64,000 nt of DNA from Eledone cirrhosa (taxonomy: Eukaryota), in contig OZ024763.1 of the NCBI GenBank assembly GCA_964016885.1, positions 8,866,001-8,930,000 on the forward strand. The letters run 5' to 3'. The notes below the pieces were generated by a model. That model made no database searches and was not told the origin of the DNA. It saw only the letters and a program-made list of their open reading frames with translations. Positions within the stretch are counted from its first letter, which is position 1. The number at the start of each line of letters is the position of its first letter. Positions 34,830 to 48,400 of this stretch are shown piece by piece. The position numbers and the translations under genes are program-made.

Positions 34830-35236
34830 GGTTAGCAGTAATTGGTAGAGTATCGGACAATGTGCTTTGTGGCATATGTAGTTACCTCCCTTTGTGTTCC
34901 AAGTTCAAATCCCGCCAAGGTTAGCTTTGATCTTTTATCCTTGGGGGAATGGATCGATAAAATAAAGTACCAGTAATGCACTGGGGATCGATTTAAACAA
35001 CTTTCCCTCTTCCTTGTGCCTCAGTATTTAACTGGTACTTTATTATAATCAATCCCAGTATTTAATTGGTACTTCACTATATCAACTTCAGTATTTAACT
35101 GGTACTTTATTTTATCAACCCTGGAAAGATTAAAATGAAAGTTGACCTCGGCAGAATTTGAACTCAAAATGTAGAAAGGCGTAACTGAACACGCGTTTTG
35201 TCCTATGCTCTATCGATTCTGCCAATCACACCACCT
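34830..35236. mobile_element. inverted pair of the same SINE
   Basis: + copy ~34830-35020 followed by - copy ~35020-35236. Confidence 0.75.
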
Positions 35237-36859
35237 TTAAGTAAATATAAACATACTTCTTTGGGCCTTCAACTCTTGATGGAGATTTTGGGAGGGTAGG
35301 GTGTGGGTGAGAGGGTGTTTCTGTCATGTTATATACAATGTCTTGGACATTGTAAACATGGTGGTTGTGGTGACTGATGGAAGGGGAGGTGGGGGCTAAC
35401 TAATTTTAGGTCTGACTTCTTACTGGGTGAAAGTTAGAGAGAGTGGGGGGGGGGTTGGAGTGGAAGATGAATCGATTCCAGTACTTGACTGTTTGTTACC
35501 TTATTGATTGGTCCCTGGATAAAAAAAAAAGTAAAAAACGCTGACCTCGGTAAGATTTGAACTCGAGTATCTAGGGACGCCCACCCCTCCCCTTTGCCCA
35601 CTTGGAAGTCGATATTTTTAATGTTTTAAACTAATCAGACCCTATGACCATTCTGTGATGATAGTTCGTTAAGACATTTTAATTAGGGCTAAAATCAATC
35701 AATTAGACCAATATTTCAGAATTAGGGAATAAAGATGATGTAAGGTCAATAAATTATTGATCTGATTTGTTCGATTGATTTTTTTTGTGGTTTATTTTTA
35801 AATTTCTTTTTTTTTCTATAGAAAAGGTTCCACTCTAGATAGAGAAAAAAAAACTAAATCTAGGGGGCTAACATGTCCCCTAGATTTCTAGGTTGGTTGA
35901 TAATACCTTCCTGTAACTTGTGAAAGAATGAGGAGTAAATATTGAGGTGGTGGTGGAGTAGTAAGGGGGGGGTATCTGTAAACGTGGTGGTAATAGAGGA
36001 TAAGTGAATATATATTGGTGGTGTGTAAACATAAGGGTGTTGTGATGGGGTATCTAAGCAGATATAAAGGTGGTGGTGATGATAGTAGTGCTGGTGTGGC
36101 TATCTAAACATATATGTGGTGGTGGTGTAGTATGTAATCTCAGGCACAGCAGCTGATGTATTTCAGTTTGCATGTAGCAAGATAATACTCCTTTCTCCCT
36201 ATTTTTCTGTCCCTCTTTCTATCTCTCTATCTCCCTCCCCCTATATCTCTTTCTCTCTACAGATTTATGGTAGCTATGTATTCCACAAAAACTAAAATAA
36301 AATGAAATAAAATTCTACCAAAAGACAAATTAAACAAACATCTTGAAATGTTATTTTTTTTTTTTTTCAAAATATTCTCCTTTAAAAAACAAAAAATACG
36401 AAACTGTAAAATAAAACAAAATTTTGATGATAAAAAAAATATCATTTGAAAAAAATAAAAAATTGCGATAAATGAAATAAAAATGATATATTTGAAAGGA
36501 AGAAAAGTGTGAGAAACAACCACATGAAATAAAGATATAATATATTCTAATGTCTTGTCTTGTCTTTCTTTATATCATCATCACCATTTTTACATCCGTT
36601 CTTCCATGCTAGCATGGGTCAGATGGGTTGTCCTCTTGTAGGCAGTGACCGGTCGGCTGACCTTGTCTTGCTCATATAGAAATTGATTCTGGCTTGATTT
36701 CTACAGCTGGATGCCCTTCCTAACACCAACCTAATTTATAGTGAGTGCAGGGTGCTTTTTTTTTTTTTTTTTTTTTTTTTTGTGGCGCCTACAAGTCCAC
36801 TTTACAGTGTGGGCTGGGTGCTTTTTGTTTTGCAGTGGTATGATAGGGACCTCAGTCCT

Positions 36860-36995
36860 ATCATCTCATTTCTACAGCTGAGTAAACTGGAACAATGTGA
36901 AATAAAGTGTCTTGCTCAAGGAAACAACACATCACCCAGTCCGAGAATTGAACTCACAACCTTTCGATTGCAAGCCCAATGCTCTAACCATGTGC
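36860..36995 (-). mobile_element. tRNA-headed CORE-type SINE (others at 17830-18240 +, 12260-12420 -)
   Basis: Minus strand TGGTTAGAGCATTGGGCTTGCAATCG...GAGTTCAATTCTC...CCTTGAGCAAGACACTTTATTTCAC. Confidence 0.7.
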
Positions 36996-37212
36996 CTTTA
37001 TATATATATATATATATTTTCATATATATTCATATTCTAATGTGTTCTCTTGTCTTTCTTTATATGTATTTATTTATATATATATACATATATATCAAAT
37101 TAAAAAAACGGAATTAAAGACTCCTGTTTATCCCCTATAATTTAATGAGCTCAAGCAATAGACTACAGGCTGTTTATAAATCACCATAAACAATTATTAC
37201 TATTAATATTAT

Positions 37213-37247
<35 letters not shown>

Positions 37248-37453
37248 GTAATAGAAAATGTTTAAGACCCCAACGGCAGAGCTCAGGCCATTTCGACGGC
37301 TATTTCAGTCCAGAAATAGCTGCCGAAACGTCTTGAACATTTTCCTATTACCCACACTACTACCCTAAGTACTCTGCTGCGTTATGGTCCATCTTGTTTC
37401 TTACCACACTTCCTTTATTATATATATAGGTAGGTAGATATGTATATATATAT

Positions 37454-37484
<31 letters not shown>

Positions 37485-37526
37485 CATTTGAATAAAAAAG
37501 AAAATTTCGCTCTACATGGCTGAATA

Positions 37527-37830
37527 CAATAAATGTAATCTGAGTTTTTTGAATATTAATAATAACATTCTATTTGTTTGTAATTATACAAACACGCCTC
37601 AATTTTATAGCCATCTAGTTCTGAAAGTTTGGCAGGTGAACAGTGAGCTGTACTGATGAAGGGTGATACCCAGAAACACTAGTGTCTGCAGTTCTGTTCG
37701 CTTGCCAACACAAGAGCAAGAATGAAGTGTTCAGTCTACTGACATGGCTATAAAATTGAGGCTTGTTTGTATAATTACAAACGAATCGAATGATATTAAT
37801 ATTCGAAAAACTCAGATTACATTTATTATA
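37527..37830 (+). mobile_element. non-autonomous Penelope/retrozyme-like element: ~90-bp inverted repeats around a hammerhead, between (TA)n tracts
   Basis: 37527-37615 is the near-perfect reverse complement of 37746-37829; central HHR. Confidence 0.65.
37629..37708 (+). ncRNA. type I hammerhead ribozyme motif
   Basis: GAGCTGTA-CTGATGA-A-GGG(TGATA)CCC-A-GAAA-CACTAGTG-TC^TGCAGTTC. Stem I extends as TTGGCAGGTGAACAG/CTGTTCGCTTGCCAA. Palindromic stem III, GUC at 37684-37686. Confidence 0.85.
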
Positions 37831-37919
37831 TACATTTGTGTAGATATATACAAATGTATATATATATATTTATAAATCTCTATATATATATAGGTAGATA
37901 TAGATTTATAAATATAAAT

Positions 37920-40900
37920 GTTCTAGTCTTCTAGAAGCCATTTCTATATTAAATATTGTATATACTCTACTCTTTCCTTGGAATGAGACTTCTAAACATT
38001 TAGAAGCCAATTTCTATAATAAATATTGTATATACTATATTATTTCTTTCGAATGAGACAGTTCTAGAGCTTTAGAAGCCATTTCTCCAATAAATAATGT
38101 ATATACTCTACTATTTCATTCGAATGAGACAGTTCTAGTCCTGTAAAAGCCCTTTCTACATTAAATATTGAATATACTCTACTTTTTTCATAGAATGAGA
38201 CTCTTCTAGAGCTACTGAAGACATGTATACATGAAATATTGTATATACTCTAAGATTTTCTTCGAATAAGACAGTTGTAGCCCTTTAGAAGCCATTTCTA
38301 TATGAAATATTGTTTATACTCTACCTTTGAATATGTCAGTTTTAGAATGGTAGAAGGCATTTCAATGTGAAATATTGTATATAGTCCATTATTTTCTTCA
38401 AATAAGACAGTTTTAGTCCTGTAGAAGCCATTTCTACACAAAATATTCTATATACTCTACTATTTCCTTCAAATGAGGGAGTTCTCGTCCTCTAGAATCC
38501 ATTTCTATATGAAATATTCTCAATACTCTACTATTTCCTTCGAATAACACAGTTCTAGCCCTCTACAAACCATTTCTATATGAAATATTATATATACTCT
38601 ACTATTTCCTTAAAATCAGGCAGTTCTAATCCTCTAGAAGCCATTTCTATATTAAATATTATATACACTCTACTATTTCCTTTGAATAAGATAGTTCAAG
38701 CCCTCTAGAAGACATTTGGATATGAAATATTGCATATACTCTACGATTTATAAGCCATTTCAATGTGAAATATTGTAAATACTCTACTATCTCCTTCGAA
38801 TAAGTCAGTTTCTGTCCTGTAGAAGCCATTTCTACATGAAATATCGAATATAATCTAATATTTCCTTCGAATAAATCATATACTCTACTATTTGCTTCAA
38901 ATAAGTCTGTTTTAGACCTGTAGAAGCCATTTCTACATGAAATATCGAATATAATCTAATATTTCCTTCGAATAAATCATATACTCTACTATTTGCTTCA
39001 AATAAGTCTGTTTTAGACCTGTAGAAGCCATTTCTACATGAAATATTGTATATACTCTACTATTTCGTTCGAATAAGTCAGTTTTAGAACTATAGAAGCC
39101 ATTTCTATATGAAATATTGCCTATACTCTACTATACTCTACTATTTCCTTCAAAGAAGTCAGTTTTAGACAGGTAGAAGCCATTTCAATGTGAAATATTG
39201 CATATACTCTACTATTTCTTTCGAATAGCTCAGTTTTAGACCTGTATAAACCATTTCTACATGAAATATTGTATTTACTCTATTATTTTCTTCAAATAAG
39301 ATAGTCCGAGCCCTCTAGAAGCCATTTCTATATGAAATATTTCATATATTCTATTTCCTTCGAATAAGTCAGTTTTAGATCTGTAGAAGCCATTTCAATG
39401 TGAAATATTGTATATACTCTACTATTTCCTTCGAAGAAGTTAGTTTTAGACAGGTAGAAGCCATTTCTATAGGAAATATTTTATATACTCTAAGATTTCC
39501 TTCAAATGAGATAGTTCTAGCACTATAGAAGACATTTCTATATGAAATATTGCATATACTCTACTATTTCCTTCGAATAAGTCAGTTTTAGACCTGTAGA
39601 AGCCATTTGAATGTGAAATATTGTATATATATACACTACTATTTCCTACGAATAAGTCAGTTTCTGTCCTGTAGGAGCCATTTCTACATGAAATATCGTA
39701 TATACTCTAATATTTCCTTCGAATAAGTCAGTTTTAGAACTGATAGTTCTAGCACTCTAGAAGACATTTGTATATGAAATATTGCATATACTCTACTATT
39801 TCCTTCGAAGAAGTCAGTTTCAGACATGTAGAAGCCATTTCAATGTGAATTATTGTATATACTCTACTATTTCCTTCGAATGAGATAGTTGTAGTGCTCT
39901 AGAAGCCAATTCTATATGAAATAATGCATATAATCTACTATTTACCTCGAATAAGTCAGTTTTAGACCTGTATAAGCTATTTCAATGTGAAATATTGTAT
40001 ATATGCTCTACTATTTCTATGGCTTCTAAATGACTAAAACTCTCTTATTCGAAGGAAATAGTAGAGTATATACAGTATTTAATATATAAATGGCTTCTAC
40101 AGGTCTGGAACTGTTTCATATATGACTTTCGGAAACAGGCTTAAAACTGTTCGATTTACAAGGAAATAGTAGGGTATATACAGTATTAATATAGAAATGG
40201 CTTCTAAATGACTATAACTCTATTATTCGAGGGAAATAGTAGATAATATACACTATTTAATTTAGAAATGGTTTCTACAGGCCAAGAACTGTTGAATTCT
40301 GGAGGAAATAGTAGAGTATATACAGTATTTAATATATAAATGGGTTCTACAGGTCTGAAACTGTTTCATTTGAAGGAAATAGTAGTGTATATACAGTATT
40401 TAATATAGAAATGGCTTTTAAATGCCTAAATCTCTCTTATTCGAAGGAAATAGTAGAGTATATATAGTATTTAATTTAGAAATGGCATCTACAGGTCTGG
40501 AACTGTTTCTTCCAAAGGAAATAGTAGAGTATATACAGTATTTAATAAAGAAATGGCTTCTACAACCCTAAAACTGCTTAATTCGACGGTAATAGTAGAG
40601 TATATACAGTATTTAATATAGAAATAGCTTCTATAGGGCTAGAACTGTCTTATTCGAAGGAAATAGTAGAGTATATACAGTATTTAATATAGAAATGGAT
40701 TCTAAATGACTAAAACTCTATTATTCGAGGGAAATAGTAGATAATATACAGTATTTAATTTAGAAATGGCAGCTACGGGTCTAGAACTGTTTCATTTCAA
40801 GGAAATAGTGGAGTATATACAGTATTTAATAAAGAAATGGCTTCTACAGGCCTAGAACTGGGTAATTTGATGGTAATAGTAGAGTATATACTGTATTTAA

Positions 40901-42440
40901 TATAGAAATAGCTTCTACAGGGTTTGAACTCTCTTATTCGAAGGAAATAGTAGAGTATATACAGTATTTAATATATAAATGGCTTCAAAAGGTCTGGAAC
41001 TGTTTCACTTGAAGGAAATAATAATAATAATAATGAAATATTATGTACAGTGCTCAGGTGCACGACAACTCATCAAAAAGTGTATGTATAGTACATAGGG
41101 TAATGTACAAACGTCAGGAAAATGAACAGTGCACGGAAATAATAGTGTATATGCAATATTTAATACAGATATGGCTTCACCAGGACTAAAACTCATTAAT
41201 ATGAGGGGTATTAGTAGTATATACACCATATTTAATATGGAACTGGCTTCTAAATGAAGATATCTATTTAATTCGATAGAAATAGTAGAGTATATCCAAT
41301 ATTTAATACAGAAATGGCTTCTACAAGACTGAAACTCATCAGTATGAGGGGTATTAGTAGTATATATGCCATATTTAATACGGAAATGGCTTCTAAATGC
41401 AGAGAACTCATTTATTCGATGGAAATAGTAGTGTATATCCAATATTTAATACACAAATATCTTCTACAGGACTAATACTCATTAATATGAGGGGTATTAA
41501 TAGATTATATGGCATATGTAATACAGAAATAGCTTCTAAATGACTAGAACTTTTTAATTCAAATCAAATAGTAGTTATATCCAATATTTAATACAGATAT
41601 GGCTTCTACAAGACTAAAACTCATTAATATGAGGGGTATTAGTAGATTATATGCCAAATTTAATACAGAAATGGGTTCTAAAAGACTAGAACTCTTTATT
41701 TCAAATCAAATAGTAGTATATATGCAATATTTAATACAGAAATGGCTTCTACAAGAATAAAACATTAATATGAGGGGTATTAGTACATTATATGGCATAT
41801 TTAATACAGAAATGTGTTCTAAAAGACGAACTCTTTATTTCGAATCAGATAGTAGTATATATGCAATATTTAATACAGAAATGGCTTCTACAAGAATAAA
41901 AATCATTAATATGAGGGGTATTAGTGCATTATATGCCATATTTAATATGGAAATGGCTTCTAAATGCAGGGAACTCATTAATTTGTTGGAAATAATAGTG
42001 TATATGCAATATTTAATACAGATATGGCTTCTACAGGACTAAAACTCATTAATATGAGGGGTATTATTAGTATATATGCCATATTTAATACGGAAATGGC
42101 TTCTAAATGCAGAGAACTCATTTATTCGATGGAAATAGTAGTGTATATCCAATATTTAATACAGAAATGGCTTCTACAGGATTAATACTCATTAATATGA
42201 GGGGTATTATTAGATTATATGGCATATGTAATACAGAAATAGCTTCTAAAGGACTAGAACTCTTTAATTTGAATCAAATAGTAGTATATATGCCATATTT
42301 AATACGGAAATGGCTTCTAAATGAAGATATCTATTTAATTCGATGGAAATACTAGAGTATATCCAATATTTAATACAGAAATGGCTTCTATAAGACTAAA
42401 ACTCATCAATATGAGGGGTATTAGTACATTATATGGCATA
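37920..42440. repeat. 71-bp satellite array (orientation switch ~40018; 142-bp dimeric variant after 41134)
   Basis: Unit CTCTACTATTTCCTTCGAATAAGTCAGTTTTAGACCTGTAGAAGCCATTTCTACATGAAATATTGTATATA; equivalent positions at 38074, 38145, 38216. Confidence 0.95.
41018..41133 (-). mobile_element. CR1-type LINE 3' tail inserted in the 71-bp satellite
   Basis: Reverse complement matches ~20445-20560; GGAAATAATA on both sides. Confidence 0.75.
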
Positions 42441-45400
42441 CAGGACTAAAACAGCATCATAATGGCTAAAACACTATCATAAATGAGGAAAATGACTCTA
42501 AAATGGCTAAAACACTATCACAAATGAGGAAAATGACACTAAAATGGCTAAAACAGCATCATAATGGCTAAAATACTATCATAAATAAGGAAAATGACAC
42601 TAAAATGGCTAAAACAGCATTATAAATGACGCTTAAATGACTAAAACGGCATCATAAATGAGTAAAATGACTCTAAAAGGGCTAAAACGGCATCATAAAT
42701 GACTAAAATAACACCAAAATGGCTTAAACGGCATCATAAATGAGTAAAACGACTCAGAAATGGCTAAAACGGCATCATAAATGACGAAAATGACTCAGAA
42801 AGGGCTAGAACGGCATCGTAAATGACTAAATCGACTCAAAAATGTCAAAGGTCATCATAAAAGACAAAAATGACTCTAAGTTGGCTAACATTTCATTATA
42901 AATGACTAAAATGACTCTAAAAGGGCTAAAACGGCATCGTAGATGACGAAAATGACACTAGAATAACTAAAACGGCATCATAAAAGATTAAAATGACTCT
43001 AAAATAGCTATAATGGCTAAAACAGCATCATGAATGAGGAAATTGACTGTAAAATGGCTAAAACAGCATCATGAATGACGAAAATGGCTAAAACAGCATC
43101 ATAATGGTTAAACACAATCATAAATGAGGAAAATGACTCTACAATGGCTAAAACAGCATCATAAATGACGAAAATGACTCTAAAAGGGCTAAAACAGCAT
43201 TATATATGACTAAAGCGAATCTGAAAACTCTAAATGACTAAAACGACTCTAAAATAGCTAAAACAGCATCATAGATGAGGAAAATGACACTAGAATGACT
43301 AAAACGGCCTCATGAATGACGAAAATGATTATAAAATAGCTAAAACCGCATCATAATGCCTAAAACACTATCACAAATGATTAAACCGACTCAAAAATGT
43401 CTAAAACGGCATCATAAAATAGAAAATTGACTCTAAATTGGCTAAAATTGCATTATAAATGACTAAAATGACTCTAAAAGGGCTAAAACGGCATCGTAGG
43501 TGACAAAAATGACACTAGAATGACTAAAATGGCATCATAAATGACTAAAATGACTCTAAAATAGCTAAAACGAAATCATAATGGCTAAAACATTATCATA
43601 AATGGGGAAAATCACTGTAACATGGCTAAAACAACATCATAAATGACGCTTAAATGACTAAAACGGCATCATAAATGAGTAAAATGACTCTAAAAGGGCT
43701 AAAACGGCATCACAAATGACTGAAACGACTCAAAAATGTCTAAAACGTTATCATGAATGACGAAAATGACACTACAATGGCTAAAACAGCATCATAAATG
43801 ACTAAAATTACTCTAAAAGGGCTAAAACGGCATTATATATGACTAAAACGACTCTGAAAACGCTAAAACAGCGTCATAAACAACCAAAATGATTCTTAAA
43901 TGGCTAAAACGGCATCATAAATGACTAAAATGACTCTGAAATAGCTAAAACAACATCATGAATGACTCAAATGACTCTAAAATGTCTAAAGCGGCATCAT
44001 AAATGACGAAAATGACTCTAAAATGGCTAAAACAGCAACATAATGGCTAAAACACTATCATAAATGAGGAAAATGACTCTAAAATGGCTAAAACAGCATC
44101 ATAAATGACTAAAACGACTCAAAATTGTGTAAAACAGCATCATAATGGCTAAAACATTATAATAAACGAGGAAAATGACTCTATAAATGCTAAAACAGCA
44201 TCATAAATGACGAAAATGATTCTAAAAGGGCTAAAACGGCATTATATATGACTAAAACTACTCTGAAAACGATAAACAGCGTCATAAACTACCAAACTGA
44301 TTCTTAAATGAATAAAACGGCATCATAAATGAGTAGAATGACTCTAAAATGGCTAAAACGGCATCATAAATGACGAAAATGACTCAAAAAGTGCTAAAAC
44401 GGCATTGTAAATGACTCACAAATGTCTAAAACGACATCATATATGAGTAAAATGATCCTAAAAGGGCTAGAACGGCATCATAAATGACTAAAATGACTCT
44501 AAATTAGCTAAAACAGCATCATAAATGACGAAAGTGATACAAGAATGACTAAAACGGTAACATAAATGATTAAAATGACTCTAAAATAGCTAAAACGGCA
44601 TCATAATGCCTAAAACACTATCACAAATGAGGAAAATGACTATAAAATGGCTATAACAGCATCATAATGGCTAAAACACTATCATAAATGAGGAAAATGA
44701 CTCTAAAATGGCTAAAACCGCATCATAAATAACGAAAATGACACTACAATGGCTAAAACAGCATCATAATGGCTATAATACAATAATAAATGAGGAAAAT
44801 GACTCTAAAATAGCTAAAACAGCATCATAAATGACGCTTAAATGACTAAAACGGCATTATAAATGAGTACAATGACACTAAAATGGCTAAAACAGCATCA
44901 TAAATGACGTAAATGACGCTTAAATGGTTAAATCTGCATCATAAATGACTAAAACGACTCTAAAATAGCTAAAACAGCATCATAGATGAGGAAAATGACA
45001 CTAGAATGACTAAAACGGCATCATGAATGACTAAAATGATTATAAAATAGCTAAAACGGCATCATAATGCCTAAAACACTATCACAAATGAGGAAAATGA
45101 CTCTAAAATGGCTAAAACAGCATCACAAATGATTAAAACGACTCAAAATTGTCTAAAACGGCATCATAAAAGACAAAAATGACTCTGAATTGGCTAAAAT
45201 TTCATTATGAATGACTAAAATAACTCTAAAAGGGCTAAAACGGCATCGGAGGTGACGAAAATGACACTAGAAGGTCTAAAACGGCCTCATAAATGACTAA
45301 AATGACTCAAAAATAGCTAAAACGGCATCATAATGGCGAAAACACTATCACAAATGAGGAAAATGACTCTAAAATGGCTATAACATCATCATAATGGCTA

Positions 45401-48400
45401 AAACAGTATCATAAAAGACGAAAATGACTCTAAAATGGTTAAAACAGCATCATAAATGACGAAAGTGACTCAAAAAGTGCTAAAACGGCATCGTAAATGA
45501 CTCAAACTACTCACAAATGTCTAAAACGACATCATATATGAGTAAAATGACCCTAAAAGGGCTAGAACGGCATCATAAATGACTAAAACGACTCTATATT
45601 AGCTAAAACAGCATCATAGATGAGGAAAATGATTCTAAAAGGGCTAAAACGGCATTATATATGACTAAAACTACTCTGAAAACGCTAAAACAGCGTCCTA
45701 AACTACCAAAATGATTCTTAAATGACTAAAACAGCATCGTAAATGAGTAGAATGACTCTAAAATGGCTAAATCGCATCATAAATGACGAAAATGACGCTT
45801 AAATGACTAAAACGCCATCATCAATTAGTAATATGACACTAAAAAGGGCTAAAACGGCATCGTAAATGACTAAATCGACTCAAAAATGTCTAAAACGTCA
45901 TCATGAAAGACAAAAATGACTCTAAATTGGCTAACATTTCATTACAAATGACTAAAATGACTCTAAAAGGGCTAAAACGGCATCGTAGATGACGAAAATG
46001 ACACTAGAATGACTAAAACGGCATCATAAAAGATTAAAATGACTCTAAAATAGCTATAATGGCTAAAACAGCATCATGAATGAGGAAATTGACCGTAAAA
46101 TGTCTAAAACAGCATCATGAATGACGAAAATGACTCTAAAATGGCTAAAACAGCATCATAATGGTTAAACACAATCATAAATGAGGAAAATGACTCTACA
46201 ATGGCTAAAACAGCATCATAAATGACTCTAAAAGGGCTAAAACAGCATTATATATGACTAAAACAAATCTGAAAACTTTAAATGACTAAAACGACTCTAA
46301 AATAGCTAAAACAGCATTATAGATGAGGAAAATGACACTAGAATGACTAAAACGGCCTCATGAATGACGAAAATGATTATAAAAAAGCTAAAACCGCATC
46401 ATAATGCCTAAAACACTATCACAAATGATTAAAGCGACTCAAAAATGTAGAAAACGGCATCGTAAAATACAAAATTGACTCTAAATTGGCTAAAACAGCA
46501 TCATGAATGACGAAAATTACTCTAAAAGGGCTAAAACGGCATTATATATGACTAAAACGACTCTAAAATAGCTAAATCAGCATCATAGATGAGGAAAATG
46601 ACACTAAAATGACTAAAACGGCACCATGAATGAGTAAAATGACTTTAAAATAGCTAAAACGGCATCATTATTCCTAAAACACTATCATAAATGACGAAAA
46701 TGACTCTAAAATGGTTAAAACAGCATCATAAATGACGAAAATGACTCGAAAATGGCTAAAACAGCATCATAATGGCTAAAACATTATAATAAACGAGGAA
46801 AATGACTCTACAAATGCTAAAACAGCATCATAAATGATGAAAATGATTCTAAAAGGGCTAAAACGGCATTATATATGACTAAAACGACTCTGAAAACGCT
46901 AAAACAGCGTCCTAAACTACCAAAATGATTCTTAAATGAATAAAACGGCATCTTAAATGAGTAGAATGACTCTAAAATGGCTAAAGCGCATCATAAATGA
47001 CGAAAACGACGCTTAAATGACTAAAACGCCATCATCAATTAGTAAAATGACTCTAAAAGGCTAAAACGGCATCATAAATGACTACAGCAACACTAAAATG
47101 GTTAAAACAGCATCATAAATGACGAAAATGACTCAAAAAGTGCTAAAACGGAATCGTAAATGACTCAAACTACTCACAAATGTCTAAAACGACATCATAT
47201 ATGAATAAAATGGCTATAACAGCATCATAATGGCTAAAACACTATCATAAATGAGGAAAATGACTCTAAAATGGCTAAAACAGCATCATAAATAAGTAAA
47301 ACGACTCAAAATTGTCTAAAACGGCATCATAAAAGACATAAATGACTCTAAATTGGCTAAAATTTCATTAAAAATGACTAAAATGACTCTAAAAGGGCTA
47401 AAACGGCATCGTAGGTGACGAAAATGACACTAGAATGACTCAAATGACTCTAAAATAGCTAAAGCGGCATCATAATGGCTAAAACACTATCACAAATGAG
47501 GAAAATGACTCTAAAATGGCTATAACATCATCATAATGGCTAAAACAGTATCATAAATGACGAAAATGACTCTAAAATGGTTAAAACAGCATCATGAATG
47601 ACGAAAATGACTCTAAAATGGCTAAAACAGCATCATAATGGCTAAAACATTATCATAAACGGGGAAAATGACTCTACAAATGATAAAACAGCATCATTAA
47701 TGACGAAAATGATTCTAAAAGGGCTAAAACGGCATTATATATGACAAAAACGACCCCGAAAACGCTAAAACAGCGTCCTAAACTACCAAAATGATTCTTA
47801 AATGACTAAAACAGCATCGTAAATGAGTAGAATGACTCTAAAATGGCTAAAACGCATCATAAATGACGAAAATGACACTTAATTGACTAAAACGCCATCA
47901 TCAATTAGTAAAATGACACTAAAAGGGCTAAAATGGCATCGTAAATGACTAAATCGACTCAAAAATGTCTAAAACATCATCATAAAAGACAAAAATGACT
48001 CTAAATTGGCTAACATTTCATTATAAATGACTAAAATGACTCTAAAAGGGCTAAAACGGCATTGTGGATGACGAAAATGACACTAGAATGACTAAAACGG
48101 CATCATAACAAATTAAAATGACTCTAAAATAGCTATATTGGCTAAAACAGCATCATGAATGAGGAAATTGACTCTAAAATGGCTATAACATCATCATAAT
48201 GGCTAAAACAGTATCATAAATGACGAAAATGACTCTAAAATGGTTAAAACAGCATCATAAATGACGAAAATGACTCTAAAATGGCTAAAACAGCATCATA
48301 ATGGTTAAACACAATCATAAATGAGGAAAATGACTCTACAATGGCTAAAACAGCATCATGAATGACGAAAATGACTCTAAAAGGGCTAAAACAGCATTAT

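Noticed and set aside
36930-36995. tRNA gene
   Set aside because: It is the tRNA-derived head of a SINE, continuous with a CORE-type body and without an intact acceptor stem.
41041-42355. ORFs of 82-133 aa inside the satellite
   Set aside because: Chance open frames in tandem repeats.
37920-42440. 71-bp satellite as a hammerhead satellite (newt or schistosome type)
   Set aside because: The consensus monomer lacks CUGANGA and GAAA in the needed arrangement. The single CTGATGA at ~41336-41342(-) is a point variant.
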